Shown one piece after another: positions 55,764 to 64,000 of a DNA stretch of 64,000 nt (positions are counted from its first letter, which is position 1; each line of letters starts with the position of its first letter). The notes beneath the pieces were generated by a model. That model had not been told where the DNA came from, did no database searches, and saw only the letters and a list, made by a program, of their open reading frames with translations. The translations under genes and the position numbers were made by a program. Source of the DNA: an uncultured virus (IMG/VR IMGVR_UViG_3300025708_000562) (Duplodnaviria > Heunggongvirae > Uroviricota > Caudoviricetes); IMG/VR virus record IMGVR_UViG_3300025708_000562. One strand, 5' to 3'.

Positions 55764-56216
55764 CTAAAAGTTGTGTATCACAAACGTCTGCTTACCAACG
55801 CGGCGGTTTGTCCGTATGGTCTGGACTTTGATGGAAGCGCCGCAGGAAGCACACTTGCCCTCCGATATCAACTCTGGCTTTGTGGCCATGTGAGGGTCGA
55901 TGTGAATGCTGGCCACGTGCGGCTCTCCGCAGTGCACGCAAAACACCGTTACCCTAGTACGGCTTGGTGTTGCAATGAGATTCGCCTCGAATTCAACCTC
56001 TGCCGATATATCAGCAATCAAGTCTTCACCCGAATCATCACCGGAGATCTGTGTATACAGGATGGACACAAGAGAACCACATCCCGGGCAATCCGCAATA
56101 AGCTCATAATCAGTAGCGCTGATAATAGAGCTTGCGATTTCATCTTCTCTTATTGCGCATAAGGCACACCCGCATAGCGGGCACACCAGATCGCGGAAGT
56201 CTTCCGCATTCGGCAT
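55764..56216 (-). CDS. Zinc-ribbon protein (4 x CxxC)
   Basis: CPLC, CPGC, CVHC, CASC. Confidence 0.65.
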   Translation of the reverse strand: MPNAEDFRDLVCPLCGCALCAIREDEIASSIISATDYELIADCPGCGSLVSILYTQISGDDSGEDLIADISAEVEFEANLIATPSRTRVTVFCVHCGEPHVASIHIDPHMATKPELISEGKCASCGASIKVQTIRTNRRVGKQTFVIHNF

Positions 56217-56275
56217 TTATACCCCCTTGACGAATGCTTGGTAAATGATATGTTACCTGTAACGAAAGGAGGATC

Positions 56276-56809
56276 ATGGATACTCAAGATGTCAAGACCG
56301 AAGACGCCATGGCGACTCCGCCGGTGTTGTTTCCCGCTGAAGTTATGGAGCATCTAGCTCCGAAGGATCAGGCTCATAGGGATGACGACCTTACATCTCT
56401 CCTGCGCAACGACTACATCTACCGCACCGTCATCATCGCCCCGCGCTCGGAGTTGGTCATACGCGACGTTAAGACGCGCCACTTCCTATCAGCCAGGCGC
56501 ATGTCTCAGTTTGTGGGCGCCAACCAGACCGCAGGACATGACAACATCACAGCGGCCAAATACGAGCTGGCGTTCAGCATCGTGCGCTACAGCGTGGCCG
56601 GCGAGGACGTTCCCCTGGGAGACCTCGACTCCACCGATCCCAAAACAGCAGAGGCGGCCTTCAAGGCACGCCTTGACTTGGTTGACCTGTGGCCCACCGC
56701 GCTATGGACTCGCGCGCTAAGCGCCCTTCAGGTCTTGATGGGATACGTCGACGAAATCAGCTCCCCTGAGAGCCTGGTGGATTTCTCGACCGCCCCGCAG
56801 GAAGCTTAA
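56276..56809 (+). CDS. Putative tail assembly chaperone
   Basis: Upstream of the tape measure; TTGACG-16-TATGTT promoter; AAAGGAGG SD; ends ..LVDFSTAPQEA. Confidence 0.55.
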   Translation: MDTQDVKTEDAMATPPVLFPAEVMEHLAPKDQAHRDDDLTSLLRNDYIYRTVIIAPRSELVIRDVKTRHFLSARRMSQFVGANQTAGHDNITAAKYELAFSIVRYSVAGEDVPLGDLDSTDPKTAEAAFKARLDLVDLWPTALWTRALSALQVLMGYVDEISSPESLVDFSTAPQEA

Positions 56810-57153
56810 GCGCTCATCTCCTGTATTGGGGCGTGTGGAACATCATAGATGAGCGGCAGTTTATCCTTGCGATGTTTTACCACAAGCGCGAGCAGATGGC
56901 GAGGCTGTTGCAGACCGTAACGTCGGCAGGCCCGCGCATGACGCCAGAGCACATACGCTTCCTGGAGGAACACTTAACCCCGTGGGCCTCCAAGCGCGTG
57001 CGTGCTGAACATCGCCTAGCCGAAAAGATGAAGAGCAATTTCCTTAACAAGACCTTTAAGATACACAAGGGAGCTATTGGCCGGCGCTCACGCGCTTCCG
57101 GGAAGGTTGTGCGGATCCGTCCTGCGCCCCCCGACGAGAGGAAGCGTTCTTAA
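56770..57153 (+). CDS. Putative second chaperone segment in the -1 frame
   Basis: The -1 frame is open from 56770 and overlaps the end of the upstream gene; weak independent start. Confidence 0.45.
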   Translation, partial: EPGGFLDRPAGSLSAHLLYWGVWNIIDERQFILAMFYHKREQMARLLQTVTSAGPRMTPEHIRFLEEHLTPWASKRVRAEHRLAEKMKSNFLNKTFKIHKGAIGRRSRASGKVVRIRPAPPDERKRS

Positions 57154-57310
57154 TCGAGCGGTCTAGCGCGTCTATTTCGTCTTTGCACTTCTGCATCTTC
57201 TGATACTCAGCCTCGATTACATCCGCATGGCGCTGCAGGTCCTTGAAGCGTTCGGCGCGAAGGGCCTGTAGCGCTTTTAACCGTTCTGACACCGTTGCTC
57301 TCTTCGGCAT
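57074..57310 (-). CDS. Small coiled-coil protein inserted antisense in the tail block
   Basis: GGAGG SD before MPKRATV; ATGCGTTATA motif upstream. Confidence 0.5.
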   Translation of the reverse strand: MPKRATVSERLKALQALRAERFKDLQRHADVIEAEYQKMQKCKDEIDALDRSIKNASSRRGAQDGSAQPSRKRVSAGQ

Positions 57311-57396
57311 AAGTACACCTCCGTGTTGTATATAACGCATAATGCGCTAAAATAGACACGTCAGAATAGCCTCTATAATGCTAGTTGGAGGCAGCA

Positions 57397-60300
57397 ATGA
57401 GTGATCAGGCTAGACTAGACCCCGTCTATAATCAGCTTAGCGCAATACGCGATGATCTCAGCGCGTCATACGCTCAGCCGCCTAACGTCGGAGATTACGG
57501 CGGGTATAGTAGCATCACAGCGCAGATCATGAACCCGGCCCTGATTCCCCCCTCGATGCCGATGCAGGGCTTCAATGCTGAGCTATCGCTGATGCGTTAC
57601 TCTGGCGCCGCAGAGATGGGCCAGATATACGAAGACGCAATGCGGGCTAATCAGGAAAAGCGCAATTGGTTTGAGATAGGCATGGGCGTTGGCGGCGGTC
57701 TAGCCTGGATGGGCGGCGCGGCGCTGGGATCAGCCGTTGGCGGGCCTATCGGCGGGATGGTCGGCGGTTTTGCCGCTTCTATGTTGTTTGATCGACTGCG
57801 CGATCCCCTAGAGTCGCTCTTTAAGGTTAATCAAATCGACCCCGCCATCACCGCCTCCGACTGGACTCAGGGCATTATCAGCGAGCAAGTCATGGCCATG
57901 GCCTATATGGCGGGAGACCTAGGCCCCGGAGGGCGAGCCGGCATAACCAAAGATCAAGCCGAGACGATGGGGGCTGACCTGTATAACTTCATGCGAGGCC
58001 AGGGATTGCAGGGCATGGAGATTACCCGCATAGCTCCATATCTCATGCGCAGCGGCATACTAGACTCATCCTCAAATCTTGAAGAGCTGACGGAGAAGGT
58101 TGAGAAACAGATCGAAACCATAGCCAACTTCGTCAAGCGCACCGGCATGCGACTTAAGGATGCTGCACAAGTCACGTCCGGGTTGGCCGCTTCGGGGATA
58201 GCCTCTAGCGACCTGCTCGGCGTATCTACTGGTATCATCAACACTTCAGCCGTAGCCAATATGGATGCTGCGCAATACGCACAGCTGGCCATTGGATTTG
58301 CCCAGCCGTATTCCTTCGGCGGCAATCAGCCCAACGTGATAGCATCGCTTAACCGCGAAGTGCTATTCCAAGACTACCTCTATCAATCTGGAGCGGTTAG
58401 CCAGGCAGAGTATCTAGCCGCAGGACGCGCAGTGGGCGCAGGCAGTACTATTGCACAACTCGGCATGAGTTATTGGAGGGCACCGGCTAATCGGAGAATC
58501 CTGTATGGAATGACCGCCGACGGCATGCTAAACACATCTGGCATTAGCGCGATGTTGGCCGGAGAGTCATTCCCCTCCTCGGGCATGGATGCATATAACG
58601 CTCTATCGGCAGAAGACCGCGCAGCGATCAGATGGCAATCTGGCGACATGCTGAACGAACACGCGGGGCTCTTCACAGACGTGATGTTATCTAGGATGAT
58701 AGATAACCTAGAGGATGCTGGATATCACGACCCATTCTCGCAGCGTCAGATGCTTATGGAGCGCTACGGCATAAGTCGGGCTCTAGCAACGCAATTCGAG
58801 CGCCGCGAAGAGCTGATGTTTGACCCCAGGGCCAATCTAGGCATGGTAGCCAACGCCTCGCAAGCCGCAGCGCAGACATCTAGAGCGCAAGCGATCAACG
58901 AGCATAACATAATAATGCAAAGAGTAATCGGCCTAGGCAGGGCTGTTGATACCGGTGACGTCGGCGCAGGCCCCTATGACGCTAGACAAGAATTTATAAG
59001 CAGATTGCTAGCGGGCGAAGACTGGGAGACCCTGGTACAAGAGGAGTCCTCTAATCCCGATAGCGCCATGTCGCGATACCTCAACGCTGACCTTCAGTCG
59101 CTGCTTTCCGGCGGAAGAATGGGCGCCGATGCATTACAGGCTGTATTATCTCAAATGACCCCCGAGCAAAGAGCTATATACGGCCCTAGATTTGCTGACG
59201 CTGCGACGACCAACCTGCGGCGGGGGAGGTTCTTAGGGCTGGCGCCCAGTATTTTTGAGCGCAGCGAAGTCGACTCGTCGGGGGGGGTGCTCACATCCGC
59301 GTCCGTGCCAATGGCTATTGCACGCATCACGCCTGAGGATTTTGGCAATACAACCTTCAGATACAATTCCGATACGGGTTCTATAGAGGCGTCTTTCGGA
59401 GCGGACTCTAATCGCCATTGGTGGGACGCCAGCAGGTACTCCTTCCGCAATCTAGACATAGATGTCGCCGGCTTTGCCGATGCCATGGATTGGGAAACTG
59501 AAGACATCCTGGCCGCACAAAGCCGCGCAGATATCCTGTCTGGCGTAACTGACATGATGCCCACGCGCACGCAGATACTATACGGGCAAGCCTTCCAACG
59601 GCGTGCGGGTTATGATTTAGGCGTCGGAGGACAAAGAGGCGCTGAGGCTATCCAGCGCGCGTATGATGTTTCATCGTATATAGCCTCTGCCCCCACAGCC
59701 GAGGAGGCTCGTACCTCACTAACTAGCGGGACAATGGGCTACAATGACGCCATGGATGAATGGTATTATTCTGTGCAAGACAAATACCGGCGTTCCGGCT
59801 TGAGCTTCACCGGCAACGCCAGCGATGCAACTGATGTTTATGATTTCACCAACAGGCTATCCGAAACGCTCTTCGGATATGACATGGCCAGCCCGCGCTT
59901 CACGCCGCAAGATCGCCAGAGGCTAGACTACTTTACATCAATAGTTTACCCCAGCATAGCCGGAGCGAGATCGGAGCAGCAGCGCGACGCGGAGGGCGAT
60001 CTGGGCTCAGCGCTTAGAACAGCCAGGGCGCGTACCGGCGGAGGCCTTACCGAAGAAGAGCTCAGAATGCGTAGCGCGGTGGGTTCGAGATACAATCTAT
60101 CAGAAGAAGAGTGGTCAACGGTTTCTGACATTATGATGATGTCCTATGCCGAGGGGATTAGCTTAGCGCAAGCCGCCGACAGGTTGGGAGTTGACGATCA
60201 GGATATACGCAACGCCACGGCGACAATCTTCGGCACGCGCGGCGCAGCACGCGGAGCGGTGATTGCTGCCGGGGAGAACTATGACATACAAATGGCTGGG

Positions 60301-60765
60301 GCGCAACAAGCCCTAGAACGCTTTAGTTATCTGTTCGACCCACATATAGGCGGGCGCAGCGTAACCATGGCGGAGGCGCTAAAGGCATACCGCAGAGGCG
60401 AAAATGTTGACTTTAGATACGCTGAAGGTTACGCCGACACGGACCTAGGGCGCCTGGCCAGCGCGGTGGTCACCACGGACACGCTAAGCGAAGAAACCCT
60501 AGCCAATTTAATCGCTGAAGATCAACGCAGGCGCGGCGTATCTAGCGCTGACGATAGAGAGACCGGCGGTGGGACCGGTGGGGCGGGCGAGGATTTCTCT
60601 ATCAGCACCGGCACCATGAACGTCACAGCGACCACCGTGGTTGTAAGCGAAGGCACCGGGGTGAGCAGCGGCGGAGCCAGCAATTCCCGCGAAACTGGTA
60701 CAGGGCTAACAACTGGATCCCCAGGGAGTTTCGGGCCATGGATGCGAGGGGGTGAGTCGGATTGA
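57397..60765 (+). CDS. Tape measure protein
   Basis: About 1120 aa; Ala/Gly-rich and helical; GG..G.A.G...GGPIGG TM-like segment; follows the chaperones. Confidence 0.7.
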   Translation: MSDQARLDPVYNQLSAIRDDLSASYAQPPNVGDYGGYSSITAQIMNPALIPPSMPMQGFNAELSLMRYSGAAEMGQIYEDAMRANQEKRNWFEIGMGVGGGLAWMGGAALGSAVGGPIGGMVGGFAASMLFDRLRDPLESLFKVNQIDPAITASDWTQGIISEQVMAMAYMAGDLGPGGRAGITKDQAETMGADLYNFMRGQGLQGMEITRIAPYLMRSGILDSSSNLEELTEKVEKQIETIANFVKRTGMRLKDAAQVTSGLAASGIASSDLLGVSTGIINTSAVANMDAAQYAQLAIGFAQPYSFGGNQPNVIASLNREVLFQDYLYQSGAVSQAEYLAAGRAVGAGSTIAQLGMSYWRAPANRRILYGMTADGMLNTSGISAMLAGESFPSSGMDAYNALSAEDRAAIRWQSGDMLNEHAGLFTDVMLSRMIDNLEDAGYHDPFSQRQMLMERYGISRALATQFERREELMFDPRANLGMVANASQAAAQTSRAQAINEHNIIMQRVIGLGRAVDTGDVGAGPYDARQEFISRLLAGEDWETLVQEESSNPDSAMSRYLNADLQSLLSGGRMGADALQAVLSQMTPEQRAIYGPRFADAATTNLRRGRFLGLAPSIFERSEVDSSGGVLTSASVPMAIARITPEDFGNTTFRYNSDTGSIEASFGADSNRHWWDASRYSFRNLDIDVAGFADAMDWETEDILAAQSRADILSGVTDMMPTRTQILYGQAFQRRAGYDLGVGGQRGAEAIQRAYDVSSYIASAPTAEEARTSLTSGTMGYNDAMDEWYYSVQDKYRRSGLSFTGNASDATDVYDFTNRLSETLFGYDMASPRFTPQDRQRLDYFTSIVYPSIAGARSEQQRDAEGDLGSALRTARARTGGGLTEEELRMRSAVGSRYNLSEEEWSTVSDIMMMSYAEGISLAQAADRLGVDDQDIRNATATIFGTRGAARGAVIAAGENYDIQMAGAQQALERFSYLFDPHIGGRSVTMAEALKAYRRGENVDFRYAEGYADTDLGRLASAVVTTDTLSEETLANLIAEDQRRRGVSSADDRETGGGTGGAGEDFSISTGTMNVTATTVVVSEGTGVSSGGASNSRETGTGLTTGSPGSFGPWMRGGESD

Positions 60766-62108
60766 GTAGCATATTTAGTGGCAGCCCGATTGACGTGATG
60801 TTTCGCGAGCTCAGGCGACAGAACGGCAAAGACCCCATTGAATGCGCCCCCGAAGGGGACTCCTCGGGGGCCTCTTACGACGACATCTCTAGCTGGGGCA
60901 AGATTAGCGACTATATCGACCGCGAGTCGCACGCACGGGGGATAAACCCTAGCGCGTGGGAGCACGAATCAGCGCTAGCTGATAGCGTAGATTACAACGG
61001 GATGTGGAATGGCGCCCCACTATCAGAATGGATGACAGCCGCGGAGAATGCTGCGTCAAACGCTGAATTCGTTACACTGGGCTCCACCACCTTAAAATAC
61101 AGCACAGTGGACGACAGATTGCGCCAACTGCCATTCTTCGCTCAAGATGCCACGCTGCATTACTTACATCACAGGCCACGAGGAACGATCCAAAGCATAG
61201 CCACCGAGATATGCCAAAATGCCACGGCACAGTGGAATGCCGACCACCCTAATCATGTAATTCAGGGTCGGATGCTGAGGGGGCTCCCCTATCCAGTGTC
61301 ACGTTATACAGCCCTGCGCCAAGCCTACCTTGGAGACTCCTCGATAGGGGGAGGCGGGCGCGGTGGGGGAGGCACTACGCCGCTGCCATTCGTAGCTGGT
61401 GGACCGTGGGCGGAGACTGCCTTTAGGGGCAAGACCTTTGCCCTAGAGCCCGTCTTGAAAGCCGGCTTCGGCCCCGCGGTGCGGCCTGGTACGGGTGGGT
61501 ATATCGTAGACCATCCCCATCGGTATGCCACAATACACGTCATTGACATTGATGGCACTGTCAGATTTAGCACTACCGACTTTGCGTTGCAAAAGGTAGC
61601 CAAGCAGGTTGGGGAGAAATTCCAGATGATATCAACCTGGGACGGCCCGCAATTGGTGTTCCGCTGCGAGCGCGGCTCGATCTATCAACTCGGCTTCAGC
61701 ATGCTCAATACTAAAAATTTTGACTGGCTACGTGCGTTTCAAATGAACTGGACGCGCTACTTCCGCGGTAGCGCATTGGCATCACAGCAGAGCCGGCTCT
61801 ATGTACTATATGGCGCGACGCTATTAGGAGGCTATCCTACTGGGATGTCCATATCTGAATCAACAACGGCAGAGCCGCTAGCACAGTTGATGATACAGAT
61901 GTATATCACCGATGACGTTCCTCTGCCGGACATGACTATCATCAACGCCGCTACGGGAGAATACACCTGGGAGGGTGATACATTCGTAGTAGGCTCCGGA
62001 GTGAGCAACCTCGACGGCTATGTCAGGCAAGCCACGCCAACACCGGAGTCGATTAACGAGCCTTCTCCGCCGCAAATCCCCGCAGTGACCAATCCAGGCC
62101 TTGTGTAA
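60762..62108 (+). CDS. Putative baseplate hub / tube-initiator protein
   Basis: Follows the tape measure; F.LQ......EKFQ..T, Y.RGS and GY motifs. Confidence 0.5.
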   Translation: MSSIFSGSPIDVMFRELRRQNGKDPIECAPEGDSSGASYDDISSWGKISDYIDRESHARGINPSAWEHESALADSVDYNGMWNGAPLSEWMTAAENAASNAEFVTLGSTTLKYSTVDDRLRQLPFFAQDATLHYLHHRPRGTIQSIATEICQNATAQWNADHPNHVIQGRMLRGLPYPVSRYTALRQAYLGDSSIGGGGRGGGGTTPLPFVAGGPWAETAFRGKTFALEPVLKAGFGPAVRPGTGGYIVDHPHRYATIHVIDIDGTVRFSTTDFALQKVAKQVGEKFQMISTWDGPQLVFRCERGSIYQLGFSMLNTKNFDWLRAFQMNWTRYFRGSALASQQSRLYVLYGATLLGGYPTGMSISESTTAEPLAQLMIQMYITDDVPLPDMTIINAATGEYTWEGDTFVVGSGVSNLDGYVRQATPTPESINEPSPPQIPAVTNPGLV

Positions 62109-62144
62109 AAAAGGGGGGCGCACCCATTGCCCCCCCTTATTTTT
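62107..62144. terminator. Bidirectional intrinsic terminator
   Basis: AAAAA-GGGGGGC...GCCCCCC-TTATTTTT between convergent genes. Confidence 0.7.
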
Positions 62145-62145
62145 C

Positions 62146-62676
62146 CTACTCGCTCACTATCATGAAGTGAGACGAGCTGGCGCTTATCAGCGCCGACGAC
62201 GTCGCTACGTGCTTTTTCCTGCCCTTCTGCGTGGTGCGGTCGAACTCCGCACCTGCCAGTATGACCTTTATCCCTAACCTGCGAACCATGCGCACAAGGG
62301 GGACCATGTCCTGATCCCCCGAGACCAGCACGATGGTGTTTGGCTTGTAGGTGAACACGTCGTGCATGATGTGTGCCGCGATCGCAACATCCACCCCACG
62401 CTCGCGAGCTTCGAGTCCGTTGGCTTCAATGGGGTAGAAGTGGATCTCGATCCCGCACTTACGAAGCTGATCCTCGTAAATGCGATCAGTATCAACCGCG
62501 CCGTGCTCTATGGCGCTGCGTGCAGGGAATCGACCCTGGAACAACGCCATGTATGCTGGAGTCTCGCCGATCTTGTCGAAGACCCCATTGAGTAGCTCCT
62601 CCAAACTCTTTCCCTTGTCCCGGTGGTATCCAACGATCTCCCACCAGAACCCTCCGTCGAGATACATGTATACCAT
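62146..62676 (-). CDS. NYN domain (PIN-like) protein
   Basis: YLDG, ERGVDVAIA, LVSGDQDMVP, G.KV. Confidence 0.85.
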   Translation of the reverse strand: MVYMYLDGGFWWEIVGYHRDKGKSLEELLNGVFDKIGETPAYMALFQGRFPARSAIEHGAVDTDRIYEDQLRKCGIEIHFYPIEANGLEARERGVDVAIAAHIMHDVFTYKPNTIVLVSGDQDMVPLVRMVRRLGIKVILAGAEFDRTTQKGRKKHVATSSALISASSSHFMIVSE

Positions 62677-62719
62677 ATTAAACGCCTATCTGGGTGCATT
62701 GCATTTATAACTCAACCAG

Positions 62720-63115
62720 CTAGCCTTTGATCACCAACTCATAGCCATCCCTTCTAGCAGCATTAAGCAGTGCAGTAACACAGCTGCGGACTGTAGCCAC
62801 GGCAAATCGGTGAGAATGCATTGTGCCGTCTTCCACAATTGATACGCCAGGCGTCAACGCGCAGAAACAGCTCGTCATAAGGGGATAGTCCGCCGTGCTC
62901 AATATGGTGTATTCCGAGGGCCATGCGATGTAACGCACCCATCCCCGCCAAGGGGACCCGTATCGCACCCACCTATACAACCGGCTATCCATCACTAATT
63001 TGGCTATTGCAAGCCCCCCCCGCACCTCGCTCCACTTAGGCGGTATCTCCTCCACCTCCAGGATGTATTCCTTGCCTTCCTTGTGGAAGCCAACCACTAT
63101 TCGTTCACTCATCAT
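62720..63115 (-). CDS. Paralogous family protein
   Basis: C-terminal RSCVTALLNAARRDGYELVI. Confidence 0.65.
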   Translation of the reverse strand: MMSERIVVGFHKEGKEYILEVEEIPPKWSEVRGGLAIAKLVMDSRLYRWVRYGSPWRGWVRYIAWPSEYTILSTADYPLMTSCFCALTPGVSIVEDGTMHSHRFAVATVRSCVTALLNAARRDGYELVIKG

Positions 63116-63430
63116 AACCTCCTAGGATAACTAATTCACACCCCCAACTTCGAGTTGCATGGACTAGCGCTGTGACGAGGCGCCGCCTGGCGATTATCCC
63201 GCCTTCGTGGCCGCCACAAAGAAATCCCAGTTCACTCGGGCGAAGTGAGCATCTATTTTGCCCAAACCACCCAAACCTGTCACTAGATGATCTGCATAAC
63301 GTATAGCCACCGTAGCGCGGATAGTCGTTATCTATAATGTAGACAATTTCACGACCGTGCATCCAGCAGTCTGGCAACTCCTCCACCACCGCGTTAAGGC
63401 CCTCGATCCTGATTACAACCTTGTTACTCA
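63105..63430 (-). CDS. Paralogous family protein
   Basis: C-terminal RRLVTALVHATRSWGCELVI; likely start MSNK. Confidence 0.6.
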
Positions 63431-63466
63431 TCCGGCCACCTCTCGATATAATGCCTATATAAAACC

Positions 63467-63715
63467 TCATAGGTCCTTGCGGGCTCCACTTCCGTGGGCA
63501 GTACGCAGGAAATCCTCGCCAATATCCCCTGTGTCACTCGGCCGCAGGACTATATCATACTCCGGGATATCGCCGCCAAAGTCACACTGCCCCACGAGCT
63601 CATAGGCGGTGTCGAACACAGATGAAATCCGGTCGCGCCACGCCCTCGGCAGCTCTAACACGCGCCAGGCTAGCCTGTTTCCCCGCGAGCATCCGATCTC
63701 AATGCGCTCTTCCAT
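63467..63715 (-). CDS. Paralogous family protein lacking the C-terminal motif
   Basis: N-terminal RIEI...RLAWRVLE.P..W only. Confidence 0.5.
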   Translation of the reverse strand: MEERIEIGCSRGNRLAWRVLELPRAWRDRISSVFDTAYELVGQCDFGGDIPEYDIVLRPSDTGDIGEDFLRTAHGSGARKDL

Positions 63716-63717
63716 GG

Positions 63718-64000
63718 CTACCCCCTAAGCACAAATTCATAACCATCGCATCGGGCTATGTTCAACAACGCCGCAACGGCTCGGCGCGCGGCGAATATCA
63801 TCTCATTATGGGTACTAACTTGCAGGATATAGTATGCCTTGCCCAGCTGACTCTCCCTGACCGCCATAAAGCATGTATCCGTCCGCAGCTCCGGGCAACT
63901 GCACGTCTCTACGCTATATTTTCCATGGTTATCGCGTATGCGCCTTAAGCAGCGCGGCCTAAACCAACTCTCAGGCTGTTCGTGTACCACAAACTCTTTA
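63718..64000 (-). CDS. Paralogous family protein, 5'-truncated by the window edge
   Basis: VHEQPESW; C-terminal RRAVAALLNIARCDGYEFVL. Confidence 0.6.
   Translation of the reverse strand, partial: KEFVVHEQPESWFRPRCLRRIRDNHGKYSVETCSCPELRTDTCFMAVRESQLGKAYYILQVSTHNEMIFAARRAVAALLNIARCDGYEFVLRG

Noticed and set aside
1..64000. Stop-codon reassignment
   Set aside because: Genes are full length under code 11, TAG/TGA/TAA all terminate coupled genes, and no suppressor tRNA was seen

Overview
The window is a 64 kb segment of a large tailed dsDNA bacteriophage with a contractile tail (myovirus-like). It uses the standard genetic code, Shine-Dalgarno sites and sigma70-like promoters, and the host cannot be determined. 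The + strand carries virion morphogenesis genes: an intein-containing large terminase, putative prohead protease, scaffold-like proteins, major capsid, neck, sheath, tube, tail chaperones, tape measure and baseplate parts. It also carries DnaB, ThyX and a LigD-phosphoesterase/ATP-ligase fusion. The - strand carries accessory genes, five tRNAs, a tmRNA and several unexplained structured non-coding segments. The most striking system is an apparently complete phage-encoded ubiquitin-like conjugation locus at 49769-56216: two E2-like proteins, a JAB/JAMM peptidase, a ThiF/E1 enzyme and a tandem di-Ubl whose two units both end in VKGN. A proteasome/HslV-like Ntn hydrolase and an LAA-tagging tmRNA lie elsewhere in the window. 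Other notable signals are a shared N-terminal K-x-A leader on many small proteins and on the DNA ligase, a 65-bp copy of the sheath gene inside another gene, a Thr-initiated intein, a tRNA-like RNA with an elongated anticodon arm, an expanded family of about ten paralogues, and recurring promoter motifs. All assignments come from reading motifs by eye; no database searches were run.
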